Of a DNA stretch of 64,000 nt, positions 13,095-23,846 are shown piece after piece (the first letter of the stretch is position 1; every line of letters starts with the position of its first letter). The notes below the pieces were generated by a model. That model was not told the origin of the DNA, did no database searches, and worked only from the letters and a program-made list of their open reading frames with translations. Origin of the DNA: Bigelowiella natans CCMP2755 (lineage: Eukaryota; Protista; Cercozoa); assembly GCA_000320545.1 (NCBI GenBank), contig ADNK01000875.1, positions 124,001-188,000 of the forward strand. The letters are read 5' to 3'. Both the position numbers and the translations under genes were made by a program.

Positions 13095-14845
13095 TTCCGT
13101 ATCGGTGATTTGGCTACAGGGAACCCTGATTATCAGTTGGTTGCCCTGCAAAGCAGACAAAAATGTTGCTAATTTCAATAACTAAGACATGATTTTTTTT
13201 ATGTCGCAAACAAATAATCCCCATTTCCCAGGCTGTTTAGGCAACAACACCTTCCGAGTTGTCGACTCAGACACTCAGACCTCGGCCTCTGTCGTAGATC
13301 AGTCGTTGCTCTTTAAGTTTTTTGCAGTCCGGCAGCAGGTGCTGTTTTGTGGGCCGGTGATGGGATAAAATCGTGGATGAATGTCCTTGTCTTTGCACCG
13401 GAATGCAAACAGGCAACAAATGTTCACATGTTTGCCAAAATCTCGCCAAACGATTTTTCAGGATGGAGCCGTCCAAACCCACAAGAAAACGGAAAGTTTG
13501 CCCACGAGATGATTTAGATGAGATGAGCCTCGAAGCAAGGGAGAGAAAAGGGATAAAACACCGGCCAACAAATCAATGGAAACCTGCGAAGGACCCTTAG
13601 AGGTAATCTCTGGCTCATTAAGTGGAAAAATAGGTGAAAATACCACAAAATTATTGCGGAACACAGCGGCCAAAAACCAGAAGATCAACGGGAATTTATT
13701 TGAGTGTAAGAAGTAAGATACAGAGATGGCATATTTTATAAAACTAATTAAATTTTGTCATGTGAAATTGTTGTATCGACTTGATATATGTGCTTATTTT
13801 CATCATAATACAAATCTAGCCTCCAACTTCACAGTGATAATATTCTGAAATAGACAGGATAAGAGACTGCGGTGTGAGAGATTTAAAAGAAAACATAAGC
13901 GCTCTACCCGAGAAGGAATTTATCTTTACGGAGGCAATTTTTTCCAAAAAATATATCATGTAACAGCCAGATTTATAAATTTAAGATGGCTGTATCAGTC
14001 ATAGCAAAAGTTTCCTTTCCAATCGAGAAACGAACCGAAAATTAATTTAATAAGACAATGTTAGGCCTTACTTTGTATCTGTGCGGCTGTATTTTGAAAC
14101 CCATATTGTAATATGATGGCCATTAATGATGATATCGTAGTATATTTTTTAAAATTTTACTTTTTGTAATTCTCTTTAAAATCTTATTAAAAAAACTGTA
14201 TAGGGGGGTACTTAGGAGCAATAAGTTGGGATTTGGAATAAATATTCAGAACATGTTTATTTTATTCCGGGAATTCAAATGTAAAAAAATAAATAATTAA
14301 AGCAATTTGTGGAATTTTAACGCGCTCATGTAAAATTTAATCACATATACAGCGATTTTATGATTTTTGAGTAATCTGAAATGCAAAGACGATAAATATT
14401 CACTAAACTATGCTGGAAATCAGAAGAGAGAGAGGAGACTGAAAATGACCATTGTGGAGTACTATCTCTCTCTTTGCACAGTGTCTCTCAAATCCATTTC
14501 TCTTCACTTGAGTAAAACATGTCTCTGTCGGTACAAATTAGTGATATTAGACTAATGAAACTCACTATCAGAGTACACCAGCAAGAGACATTTCTAAAGT
14601 GGATTTCTCAAGACCCATCACATATGCAACCACAAGAAATCTAATTCGAATATCATAGTGCGACATATAAATGTTATCATTTTTCATAAAATACAACATG
14701 GATTTTGGATTTTCGTAACATTTGATGAACAACATCACTCTAAACGCATAACCTCCCAAGAGTTTCCCATTGTCTCACATTCTCGTCCCACCCCCCTGTG
14801 CCGTACTAAAGTAAAAGAAATAGGGTGGAAATCTACCCTAAAAGG

Positions 14846-17517
14846 ATGATATCTACGAGGATAAACTACGCTCAAGCTAATTCAGTTTCTTCGACCAAAA
14901 AACTCGGGGTTAACGACCTAACTCACATATTCGGAAAGGCGGCACCAGGCGCAACCAAAAAAAAGGTTGACAGCCCCTCCGCACTTTAACCTATAACCAC
15001 TATTCTTTTGAGATGAGAGAATTTGACTATATTTTTTTAATTACTCATCTTCACAGATCAGCCCTGGGATTGTGGAGGGTCCGCCCCCAGCCGAGCTACT
15101 GCGCAATCCTAAAGCCACTATGATATCCATTGGTAAGAATATTTTGTTTATACTAAATTTCAAGTAATACGATCTATTGTGTATGTATTATGCTCTAATC
15201 ATTTTCAACTATTAAACAGCAAAAGAAGATGCTGGACGATGGCGTTCTATTAGCGACAATTCAAATAGTACTATTAGCGACAACTCAAATAGCCATCTCA
15301 TGATTAGCAGAGGACCCACAAATTCCATGATACTTTGCAATCCGAACGATGATCAAAGGTCTTTAATTGCCGCGTCCCGCAGTATTAAGCGTCGGAGCCC
15401 CAACTCCACCTCAGCCGGGTCTGGAGCTGATACAGCAAGTGACAATCAAAATGATGATACCCAGCCTAGAAAATCTCGAGACGAGAGGAAGGCAGATTCT
15501 GAATCAAGAGATCGTTCTAGAAGTTCACAAAACTCGAATAGATCTACAAAAAATGTACAACCACAGCCTTCAGAAAAGAGACGCAAGAAGAAAAGAACAG
15601 AGGATGAGCAACATCTGGCTGCAGGAGCTCTGACCCTTCTATGCAAGGCAATTGACGGACCTTCGTCCAAAAGGAAAGAAAGTTTCCAGACAAGAAACAT
15701 TCCCAAAATTATGGAGTATAGGGATAGAAAGCAAAAACAGCAGAAACAGAAGCAACAGCAGCAGTCGCAACAAACTGGAGCTGTCCAATACAATTCAGAT
15801 AGACAGAAAGAGCTGCCAAAAAAACGAGAACCCTCCCGAAAAAGAAATTTTATAGCAACACTATCGAAAGCACCAAACGTGGCACATGTTCCAGATCGCT
15901 CGGCTTTCCGGTCAGCGGAAATCCCAATGAGGCGGAACTTCATTCCAATGGCGAAAAGTGCAGGACCTCATCCGCCACCACCACCGCCACCCCCTCAGCC
16001 ATCTCAAACTCCACAGAGAGCTGTGAGAGGGAAGCAAGCAGAGCAGCTTAATTATTCTATGATTTCACAGATGCAAAGAATGCACAACCCAAGTATGGTC
16101 AATGTTCCATCTCAAAATATAAGGAACAAACAAATGCCAGTCCCTGCATCTGTGTCTAGTGTGATGCCGAATGTCGCTGGTATGCCCAATGCCAACATAC
16201 AAGGAAACCCAAATAATACCAACTTCGTTCCAAATCCAGCTCCAAAGGGATATTTCTTTGGAATCGTAACTTCTCACGGTGGAACCCGCAAGATGACCTC
16301 GCTAGGAATACCCACGATGGTAAGTATCAGATCAATGCACTTAGTTCCTTTCTGTAAGCTATGTTCTGAATTTAATTTGATTACTTTTCTATCGTGATGC
16401 TATCGACATTGACAGGTCGTTCGACTAGCCAATCCCCAGATGCATCTAGCTGGATTTGTTGTCGCAGGCCATGTAGCATGGCAGGAACTGGGTAATTCAA
16501 CGGACCAAGGAAATTGGAGTACTGCAAGATGTTTGATGTGTATTCGACATCCCTCCGCCCTTGAGCTAATGATATGTGACCCAACTCGAGTGCCTCCTTT
16601 TGTCCAGCATCTATATATAAGTCCAAGTCATTGTGTTCGGAGATTCGAGCCTAACATACGTGACCTGAAGATGCAATTGAAGATGGATATGATCAGCTTA
16701 CCGCTTACAAAGCCGGAATTGCCTTTCGAGAACTTGGATGTTCCGCATCAAAATGTACCGACAGGTTCCGCGCCCCCCCCTGGTGGAATAGCAGTCATAA
16801 CCTCTCAAAATATGCATGCCACCGGCGGGCCCTCCAAGGGCGTTCCCCCCTCCTGCAGTAGCCATGCTTGGCCAAATCGCACCCGATGCTATGAAAGCAG
16901 CTTCAATACCAGCCAGGATAAATATAGGATATGGGAATGCAATTGGTGTCGTACCGCCTCCACCGCAAGCCCGCAGACCCGATTCCAAGGAATATTTCTG
17001 TAACATTTGTCGTAAGGATTTTAGTTGCAAAAGCTCTCTTAATCGGCATATGAGAATACACTCTGGTGTCAAGCCTTTCCAGTGCAATGTCTGTGGGAAA
17101 AGGTTCTCTGATAAAGGTGTATTGGATGTTCACGAACGGATCCATACCGGCAAAAAACCGTATCAGTGCTCACAGTGCTCAAAGGTGTTCAGCCAGAAAG
17201 GAAACTTGAAGCGTCATATGAGAATACATACAGGTGTGCGTCCTTACAGTTGTCACCTTTGTCAAAAAGCATTCAGCCAGAAAGGGCATCTTACCGCGCA
17301 TCTTCGCATCCACACTGGCCAGAAACCATATACATGCAAGTTCTGCCATAAGTCGTTCACCCAGAGCAGTACTTTGATTGGACATATGCGCACCCACACC
17401 GGTGAACGTCCATACAGATGTAATATCTGCCAGAAGACCTTCCGGCAAAAAGGAAACCTCACAGCACACATGGTGATGCATGATATGCAGAATGTACATC
17501 CACAGGGCCAAATCTAA
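14846..17517 (+). CDS. C2H2 zinc-finger transcription factor, six tandem fingers with TGEKP-type linkers, spliced
   Basis: Six C-x2-C-x12-H-x3-H fingers at about 16993-17482 with linkers SGVKP, TGKKP, TGVRP, TGQKP, TGERP. Upstream exons (about 14846-14965, 15058-15132, 15220-16319, 16416 onward) join in frame and encode a long Q/P/S-rich region. The start codon and the frame change at 16765-16858 are uncertain. Confidence 0.85.
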
Positions 17518-17849
17518 TTCGGATTCATAAGAAGGGAAAAAAACACTTTAGAATACTTCAAACCATGTAAATATATTTAATCCAGATGAGTAGTATATGG
17601 CACAAAGCTTCTTTCATTCTCCGATGAGAATCTGAAAATTCTTACTCTGAGATTTTGTCTAATTTCGCGAACACGTTCATCTTCAATTTTATGGATTGTG
17701 ACAATTTAAAGCGGGGTGCAATGTCTAATATGAATGACCTATCATGTTAAAACAGATTTAGATATTATTTTGTATCATTGACAATTGAGTAATCCTGATG
17801 ATTCAATTACTTGGGAATATTTAATCATAGATCAAAGTTTATTCACGCA

Positions 17850-18130
17850 TCATGTGAAGATATGCTTTTACATGTCATCATACCATGCAATGTACACAAC
17901 CTAGATACGTGCCCCGCACTCTTCTTTCAGCGCAAATACCATCATGTCACTCGCACATGCTGCGCGGTGTGCATGAATGTCTCCGATGTGCCAAAAATTT
18001 GTGTGTGCACAACACACGCACATGCATTACATGACTAGACGAATGCGTGTGACAACGGATCGATGCAATGAATCAAATTGAATTTGTTCAATGGTCATCC
18101 TCATGTGCGTAGCTGTGCAAATCTAGCAAT
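17850..18130. other. TpA-depleted degenerate island, left part (interrupted by the LTR element)
   Basis: 4 TpA in 17941-18130, three of them in TAG context; alternating purine-pyrimidine tracts of mixed CA/TG/CG. Confidence 0.7.
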
Positions 18131-18456
18131 TGTAGCGCGTACCACTACGCGGGCACAAGTCACGTGCGACAACAAAGGGGTTGTCGCGGATATAGAATAT
18201 AGATAACGTAGATATTAATACAGCATAGGCACGTGGGTTCCGGCGGGACTCATGGCAGCACACCGGAAGTGTGCTGCCCCACGTGCGGCGGCATTCGCGA
18301 AAGCTTCGCGAATGATTACGCAGTGCACGATTTAATAAAAATATAATCTTTAATAAAAATAAACACAACTCTTCAAAAGGAAGCAAACGTGCCTTTCCCC
18401 CCCCCTGCCTACTTGTGCACGTAGCGCCTCGGCCTGTGAACACCTTACGCGCAACA
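18131..18456 (+). repeat. 5' LTR
   Basis: TGTAGCGCGTA...TACGCGCAACA, a 10/11 terminal inverted repeat; two AATAAA signals; reads identical by eye to 23521-23846. Confidence 0.97.
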
Positions 18457-18461
18457 ACCTT

Positions 18462-18480
18462 TGGCTTCCACACACGGGAA
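18462..18480 (+). promoter_or_regulatory. Putative primer-binding site (tRNA 3' end complement, Asp/Glu-like)
   Basis: TGGCTTCCACACACGGGAA starts 5 nt after the 5' LTR. Its reverse complement ends ...GGAAG-CCA like a tRNA acceptor end. The cognate tRNA is not verified. Confidence 0.6.
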
Positions 18481-18495
18481 ACGATTTGACTAACA

Positions 18496-21400
18496 ATGTC
18501 ACAGCAGCTAGAAGAACAGCAGGACTTTGGCTCGCAGGCCGTGCAAGGGCACGAGCAGAAACAGGAAAGGAAGGGCGATACGGACGCTAAGGAAGGAGGA
18601 GGAACACCTCCACAGGCACCGCCGGGACCAGCACCCGGGATTAAGAAAGCAGATGCAGCAGCAGAGGCACTGGAGAACTTCTACGAGGCGGACGACGAGG
18701 ACGTGGCCGCCGAAAGCAAGAAGGTCGTAATGGCATTACGAGCCTTGCGACCCAGGGCGAGCAACTACGCCAAACTGAAAGTATCGATAGAATACAAGTA
18801 TCAGACACATGATGTTTGGGCAGCTATCATGCAGGACATCATGGATTACGAAGCAGACTTACCTCCAGAGTGGGCAGCTTTGTTTAGGAACGACGGGGGT
18901 CTGGGCGCCTCGCGGGGGACGACCCAGAGCACCGTCAAGCAGCAGCAGCCGGTACAGCGGAACACCCAGTTCATGTCTGTTAAAACAGCACCGGTTATGA
19001 TAACGAAATACAACGGGAAAAGAGGTGAGGCAAGGAGGTGGTGGAAGAACGCTAGGAGTATACTCTGCGACTTTACCCCTAACCCCACCGAAAACGACAA
19101 GCTCAAATGGCTAGCTATAATAAAGCAAGCCATGGACCTTTACGAGACAGGCAGGACCCGGATCAGGCAGCTAGAGAAAATACACACTACAGTTAGTGGG
19201 CTACGAGACGTTGAGGCGATAATGAAGGCTTTTGTAAATGAACAGGATGCTAACTCCCTACCCCAGGCTATTAGAAAATACAGAGCAATGATGCAGCATG
19301 AGAGAGAACCTGTTAGAGACTTTGCCACGCGCTTCCAGGATATGATCGACGAACTACATGATTTTAATTACAACACAGGTGATGATCAGGCAAGGTTTGA
19401 AGAGTTCAAGTTAAAGATAAAGGAATCCACTTACGTTACGGAGAAAGGCTACACCACGATGGAGGCAGCAGTGCAGGCTATATCCCTACGCGAGCAGGAG
19501 CAGGACCGCAAGTTTACCAGCCCTAAGGTACCTGGCATAGGAAACATTAACGCTATTAAGCCGCAGCGAGACTGGTACAAGGACAGGGAAGGTAACCGAC
19601 GTTGCGGATACTGCTCACGTAAAGGGAAACACACCGCTAAAGACTGCAGAGACAGGAAAGAAGGACGACCCAGGATGACGATCAGGCAGCTCAACGAACA
19701 CTACGAGAAGTTAAAGAGAAAGAAAGGCAGAGGACAAGGATATAACAACAGCAAATGGCAAGGCAGCAACAACGGGAAGAACAATAAATATAAGAACAAA
19801 AAGCAGAACAGTATCAATGCTATACAGCAGCAGATAAACGGAATATTAGATCACCTTAAGCAGGCGCCGACGAAGACAGCAGTACCAGCAACGCAGGACC
19901 AAGACAAGCCCATGACCCTAGACGACATAAAGAACTTAGGAGTATGCAACATTAATGACGAAGACGCTAACAGGACTATCAAAGTTGCTATGACCAAGGT
20001 TAAAGTTAAAGACAGCTACGGAGACTACAAGAAACTACCTGCCCTTTGGGATAGTGGCAGCATGCCGAAGTCCTTCATAAGCCTAAGCACAGTAAGAAGG
20101 TTAGGACTATTGGATCAAGTGACTAAGAAAGAACGTAAATATGCTCAAGCAGACGGAAGCTCTTCCATGAAGACCGTCGGTGAGCTAATGCTAAAGCTAC
20201 AGATACCTGGCAGCGACGCGGAGACCCAAATCAAGACCCGAGTAGCCATGACTTTATCCATGGAACTACTCCTCGGACAGGATGCCCTAGAAAAATTAGG
20301 GGGGATCATATCATTCTACAATCACAAGATATACTTTGCTAAGTTGCCAAAGAAGTCAGGCAGGACCATCAGCCAGAACATGATACGGCTTGACGAGTGG
20401 ACCTCTGAGTCAAGCGTTAATGCGTTAGAGTTTATGGACCTAGCGGACAACAAGCTACCTACACCTACCGAGCTACGGAAGAAGAACCCCGGCAAGACCA
20501 TCCGACAGATAACGGAGCTACTGGACAAGACCCCCCCAGCTGATGATTGGGATATCGACAAAGGCAAAAAGTACATTAATAAAATATTAAACGAGAAGTA
20601 CTCTGACATCACCAAGCCGACGACGAAGCCCTCCAGCAAGCTTACCCCAGTAAAGATCGAGCTAAAGAAGGGATACGAAGAGTGCATCATCAATGACCCA
20701 GAACATAGGCGACCGGAAGCGGACTGGGAAAAGATAGAGTGGCAGATCAATGAATGGGCAAAGGAAGGGAAGATAGAGCCAAGCAACTCACCATGGAACG
20801 TGAGACATGTGCTAGCTAAGAAACCTACTTACCCTTTCTTCCGCCTGGCGCACAACTTCATCCGCCACAACCGAGTAATAAAGAGGATCCAGACACCTAC
20901 ACCAAGGATAGATGACGTTATTGAACACGTCATAGGATACAAATACTACTCTTCCCTAGATAAAAATGAATCATACATGCAGACACCCATCCACAAAACC
21001 TCCCGCCCCATTACCGCGTTCTCCAGCAGGCACAGGAAGTGGCACTTCGTCGTATTCCCTTACGGCCTAAGCATATCAGGGGATGCGTTCAGTAGTCAGA
21101 ACTACAGGGCATACACACATGATGGGATGGCGTCTGTGTTGTGGGTGTTTGTGTTTGTGTATGTGGATGATGACATAATATGTACCAACACAGTCGTCGC
21201 TCAGATCTTCCTCCTGGAAAATATATTTATTAGGTTTGCACACTTCGGTTTTACTATTAGACTGCAGAAGTGTACATTCCTAGCTACAAGAATCAAGTGG
21301 TGTGGATATTACCTGGAGCAAGGCCGCATCACCCCAAACCCCGAGAAAGTAGCAGCACTACAGCAAGCCCCTAAACCTAAGAATGCAAAGGAGTTAAAGT

Positions 21401-23469
21401 CATTCTTGCAGACTGCAGCTTGGATACTACGTAGGTTCTCCCCTACCTACGCTAGGACTGCAGCTGCTTTTACTACTGCTTACCGGAAGGAGAACTCTGT
21501 AGGCCTCAGCTTCGCTAAGGTGTGGGCCAAGGCTGGCCTTGATGCCCACTTCGATAACCTAATAAAGTTATGCAGCAACACCCTATTGAATGCTAAGCTA
21601 GACACTACTAGACCAGCTACCCTATGGACAGACTGGTCTAAGCTAGGTATGGCTGCTGTACTTACCCAAGACCAGCAGATCATACGGGTGTGGGGCAGGG
21701 CCTGCACAGCAGCTGAGGCCAAGTACAGCCCTACAAAAGGAGAGTATAAAGCCATGACTGAGGCGCAGAGGAAACTAAGATACTACCTGCTGTCGGTGCC
21801 CAGCTTCACCTTAATGACTGACCACAAGCCCCTCCTAGGCATCGACCGCAAGCTCGAAGCGCCTAACGATGAGTATGCAGCTATGAGGGCGGACACGGAA
21901 GAGTTTAGGGACAAGAGGACAGTGGTCTACGCACCAGGAGACAAGCAGCTTGCTGACTATTTCAGCAGGCTGTTCGAAAAGAAAGTCCCTACCCAGGTCA
22001 CCCCTATGGTTAACGCGATTACCTTCGAGGACGGCGACTTCCTGCCTGAGCCAGAGGAGCTCCAGCACCTTCAAGAACACCTGGATAAATACAAACACAA
22101 GCATGAGGTACTTAGTGATAGGATATATGTATACACTAATAATGTTAGGCGTACCTACGTGCCACGGCGGACCAGGGGAGCCCTTCTCTTTACCGCCCAT
22201 GGACCTGCACACGTAGGAGAAAACCATATCACTGCTCTACTCTACCATTACTACTGGCCCTACAAGCTAAAAGAGATAAGGACATACCTGCGTGGCTGCA
22301 GGTGCTCCAGCTTGAAGGCGGCAGGCGTCGCCACCAAGGAGTCCAGCAAGAGCCGTGCATCTAAGAAAATCAAAGCAAGGAACTTCTTAGATATCGTGCA
22401 AATTGATGTTTATAAGTACGATGGCTATCACTACCTTACCTTCGTTGATGTGGCCACTGGAAAGTGCTGGGTTAAAAAGATTATCAAGGTCAACGTTGCT
22501 AAGAAGAACAAAGGCTTATATAAGCAGAGGCTTACTAACTGCTACCGTACCTGGGAGTCTGAGCTCCAGGCTATCCCTGATGAAGTTAGCATAAACAAGA
22601 TACCAAAGAAGTTACATGTGGATAATGAGACCTCTCTTCTACAGCTACCACACCCTAATATTGATGCCTCACCTGTATACTATGCCCAGTCCAACTCCAA
22701 GGTAGAGCGACTCCACCGCACCTTGGCCAACCTAAGCAGGATAAATAGCACCACACCAGACAAGATACAAGGGTTAGTAAACGACACCTTCACGTCTGGG
22801 GGAGGTATCAAGGATAAGGAGAGGGAAGAAGGCGACGACAACGACGACGATACCGAGAGCGAAGACGAGAAGGTCCCGTACGATGGCCGAGTTCTAAAGG
22901 AAGGACAGTATGTTAGGGCCAAGGTAAATCTGAGATCGAGAAATAAACAAGACCCCTTCTGGGGTGGCGTTGCAAAGGTTACCGAGAGGAAGGGGAGGAA
23001 GCAGTACTACATCTATGATGGGAACAGGGTCACCTTGCGCCACATCAGTCACCTAAAGAATTATGATATCGGTGAGAAGCTCCTAGAGGATGTTAAAGTA
23101 AACCCTACTGTGTGGGAGCGAGCAATGCCTTGTTTAGGACCCCGACCTAAGTTCGATGTGGAATATGGAAACAATAAGGTCAGGGTGAACGACGATTGGC
23201 GCATGAAGATTGTCTATCTAGGCTACCCTGGATTACGAAATATGGAGAGGGTAGCTATGAAAATAAAGGACGGAAAATATCAGCTACTCTACCTAGCTGT
23301 TCCCGACTTACCCTTTGAGCACTGGTATAAGGTCCTGGGGGACCTTGATGCAGAGGGCTGGTATGGACACGAACCTAAGGACGAAGGTGAGTTCTGGGTA
23401 AGCGACAAAGGAGATAAGGTTAGAGAGGAATCTATTACCTGGTGGTTGGTGAAGTTCCGAAAGCGATGA
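18496..23469 (+). CDS. Gag-Pol polyprotein (Gag, Zn knuckle, aspartic protease, RT, RNase H, integrase, extra C-terminal domain), 1657 aa
   Basis: CGYCSRKGKHTAKDC knuckle; ALWDSGS and LLLGQD protease; SPWN, LD, PYGL and YVDD RT; LWTDWS and TDHKPL RNase H; H-x3-H..CRC, QID, VDN and KVER integrase; DPFWGG (GPY/F-like) module. Confidence 0.95.
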   Translation: MSQQLEEQQDFGSQAVQGHEQKQERKGDTDAKEGGGTPPQAPPGPAPGIKKADAAAEALENFYEADDEDVAAESKKVVMALRALRPRASNYAKLKVSIEYKYQTHDVWAAIMQDIMDYEADLPPEWAALFRNDGGLGASRGTTQSTVKQQQPVQRNTQFMSVKTAPVMITKYNGKRGEARRWWKNARSILCDFTPNPTENDKLKWLAIIKQAMDLYETGRTRIRQLEKIHTTVSGLRDVEAIMKAFVNEQDANSLPQAIRKYRAMMQHEREPVRDFATRFQDMIDELHDFNYNTGDDQARFEEFKLKIKESTYVTEKGYTTMEAAVQAISLREQEQDRKFTSPKVPGIGNINAIKPQRDWYKDREGNRRCGYCSRKGKHTAKDCRDRKEGRPRMTIRQLNEHYEKLKRKKGRGQGYNNSKWQGSNNGKNNKYKNKKQNSINAIQQQINGILDHLKQAPTKTAVPATQDQDKPMTLDDIKNLGVCNINDEDANRTIKVAMTKVKVKDSYGDYKKLPALWDSGSMPKSFISLSTVRRLGLLDQVTKKERKYAQADGSSSMKTVGELMLKLQIPGSDAETQIKTRVAMTLSMELLLGQDALEKLGGIISFYNHKIYFAKLPKKSGRTISQNMIRLDEWTSESSVNALEFMDLADNKLPTPTELRKKNPGKTIRQITELLDKTPPADDWDIDKGKKYINKILNEKYSDITKPTTKPSSKLTPVKIELKKGYEECIINDPEHRRPEADWEKIEWQINEWAKEGKIEPSNSPWNVRHVLAKKPTYPFFRLAHNFIRHNRVIKRIQTPTPRIDDVIEHVIGYKYYSSLDKNESYMQTPIHKTSRPITAFSSRHRKWHFVVFPYGLSISGDAFSSQNYRAYTHDGMASVLWVFVFVYVDDDIICTNTVVAQIFLLENIFIRFAHFGFTIRLQKCTFLATRIKWCGYYLEQGRITPNPEKVAALQQAPKPKNAKELKSFLQTAAWILRRFSPTYARTAAAFTTAYRKENSVGLSFAKVWAKAGLDAHFDNLIKLCSNTLLNAKLDTTRPATLWTDWSKLGMAAVLTQDQQIIRVWGRACTAAEAKYSPTKGEYKAMTEAQRKLRYYLLSVPSFTLMTDHKPLLGIDRKLEAPNDEYAAMRADTEEFRDKRTVVYAPGDKQLADYFSRLFEKKVPTQVTPMVNAITFEDGDFLPEPEELQHLQEHLDKYKHKHEVLSDRIYVYTNNVRRTYVPRRTRGALLFTAHGPAHVGENHITALLYHYYWPYKLKEIRTYLRGCRCSSLKAAGVATKESSKSRASKKIKARNFLDIVQIDVYKYDGYHYLTFVDVATGKCWVKKIIKVNVAKKNKGLYKQRLTNCYRTWESELQAIPDEVSINKIPKKLHVDNETSLLQLPHPNIDASPVYYAQSNSKVERLHRTLANLSRINSTTPDKIQGLVNDTFTSGGGIKDKEREEGDDNDDDTESEDEKVPYDGRVLKEGQYVRAKVNLRSRNKQDPFWGGVAKVTERKGRKQYYIYDGNRVTLRHISHLKNYDIGEKLLEDVKVNPTVWERAMPCLGPRPKFDVEYGNNKVRVNDDWRMKIVYLGYPGLRNMERVAMKIKDGKYQLLYLAVPDLPFEHWYKVLGDLDAEGWYGHEPKDEGEFWVSDKGDKVREESITWWLVKFRKR

Positions 23470-23476
23470 AGGTCTA

Positions 23477-23520
23477 AGGGAATAAGGAAGGAAGGAAGGA
23501 GCAACGTGACTTGGGGGAGG
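23477..23520 (+). promoter_or_regulatory. Polypurine tract region
   Basis: Purine-rich AGGGAATAAGGAAGGAAGGAAGGAG followed by GGGGGAGG directly abutting the 3' LTR. Confidence 0.75.
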
Positions 23521-23846
23521 TGTAGCGCGTACCACTACGCGGGCACAAGTCACGTGCGACAACAAAGGGGTTGTCGCGGATATAGAATATAGATAACGTA
23601 GATATTAATACAGCATAGGCACGTGGGTTCCGGCGGGACTCATGGCAGCACACCGGAAGTGTGCTGCCCCACGTGCGGCGGCATTCGCGAAAGCTTCGCG
23701 AATGATTACGCAGTGCACGATTTAATAAAAATATAATCTTTAATAAAAATAAACACAACTCTTCAAAAGGAAGCAAACGTGCCTTTCCCCCCCCCTGCCT
23801 ACTTGTGCACGTAGCGCCTCGGCCTGTGAACACCTTACGCGCAACA
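23521..23846 (+). repeat. 3' LTR
   Basis: Direct repeat of 18131-18456, followed by the CAAT target-site duplication. Confidence 0.97.

Larger units (their letters stand above)
18131..23846 (+). mobile_element. Full-length Ty3/Gypsy LTR retrotransposon (5716 bp), recent insertion
   Basis: Two 326-bp direct repeats with TG...CA ends, flanking CAAT duplication (18127-18130, 23847-23850), PBS-like and PPT-like sites, and one uninterrupted gag-PR-RT-RNaseH-IN ORF in Gypsy domain order. Confidence 0.97.

Noticed and set aside
15248-15293. 24-bp tandem duplication (ISDNSNS x2)
   Set aside because: Ordinary in-frame slippage in a disordered region.
18123-18473. Minus-strand ORFs over the LTRs (also 23474-23833)
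   Set aside because: They share a peptide only because the LTR is duplicated; non-ATG starts and no recognisable domain.
21121-21175. TG-rich patch at the RT active site as evidence of TpA conversion in the element
   Set aside because: Explained by the V/W/F codons of VLWVFVFVYVDD; the Tyr codon TAT is intact.
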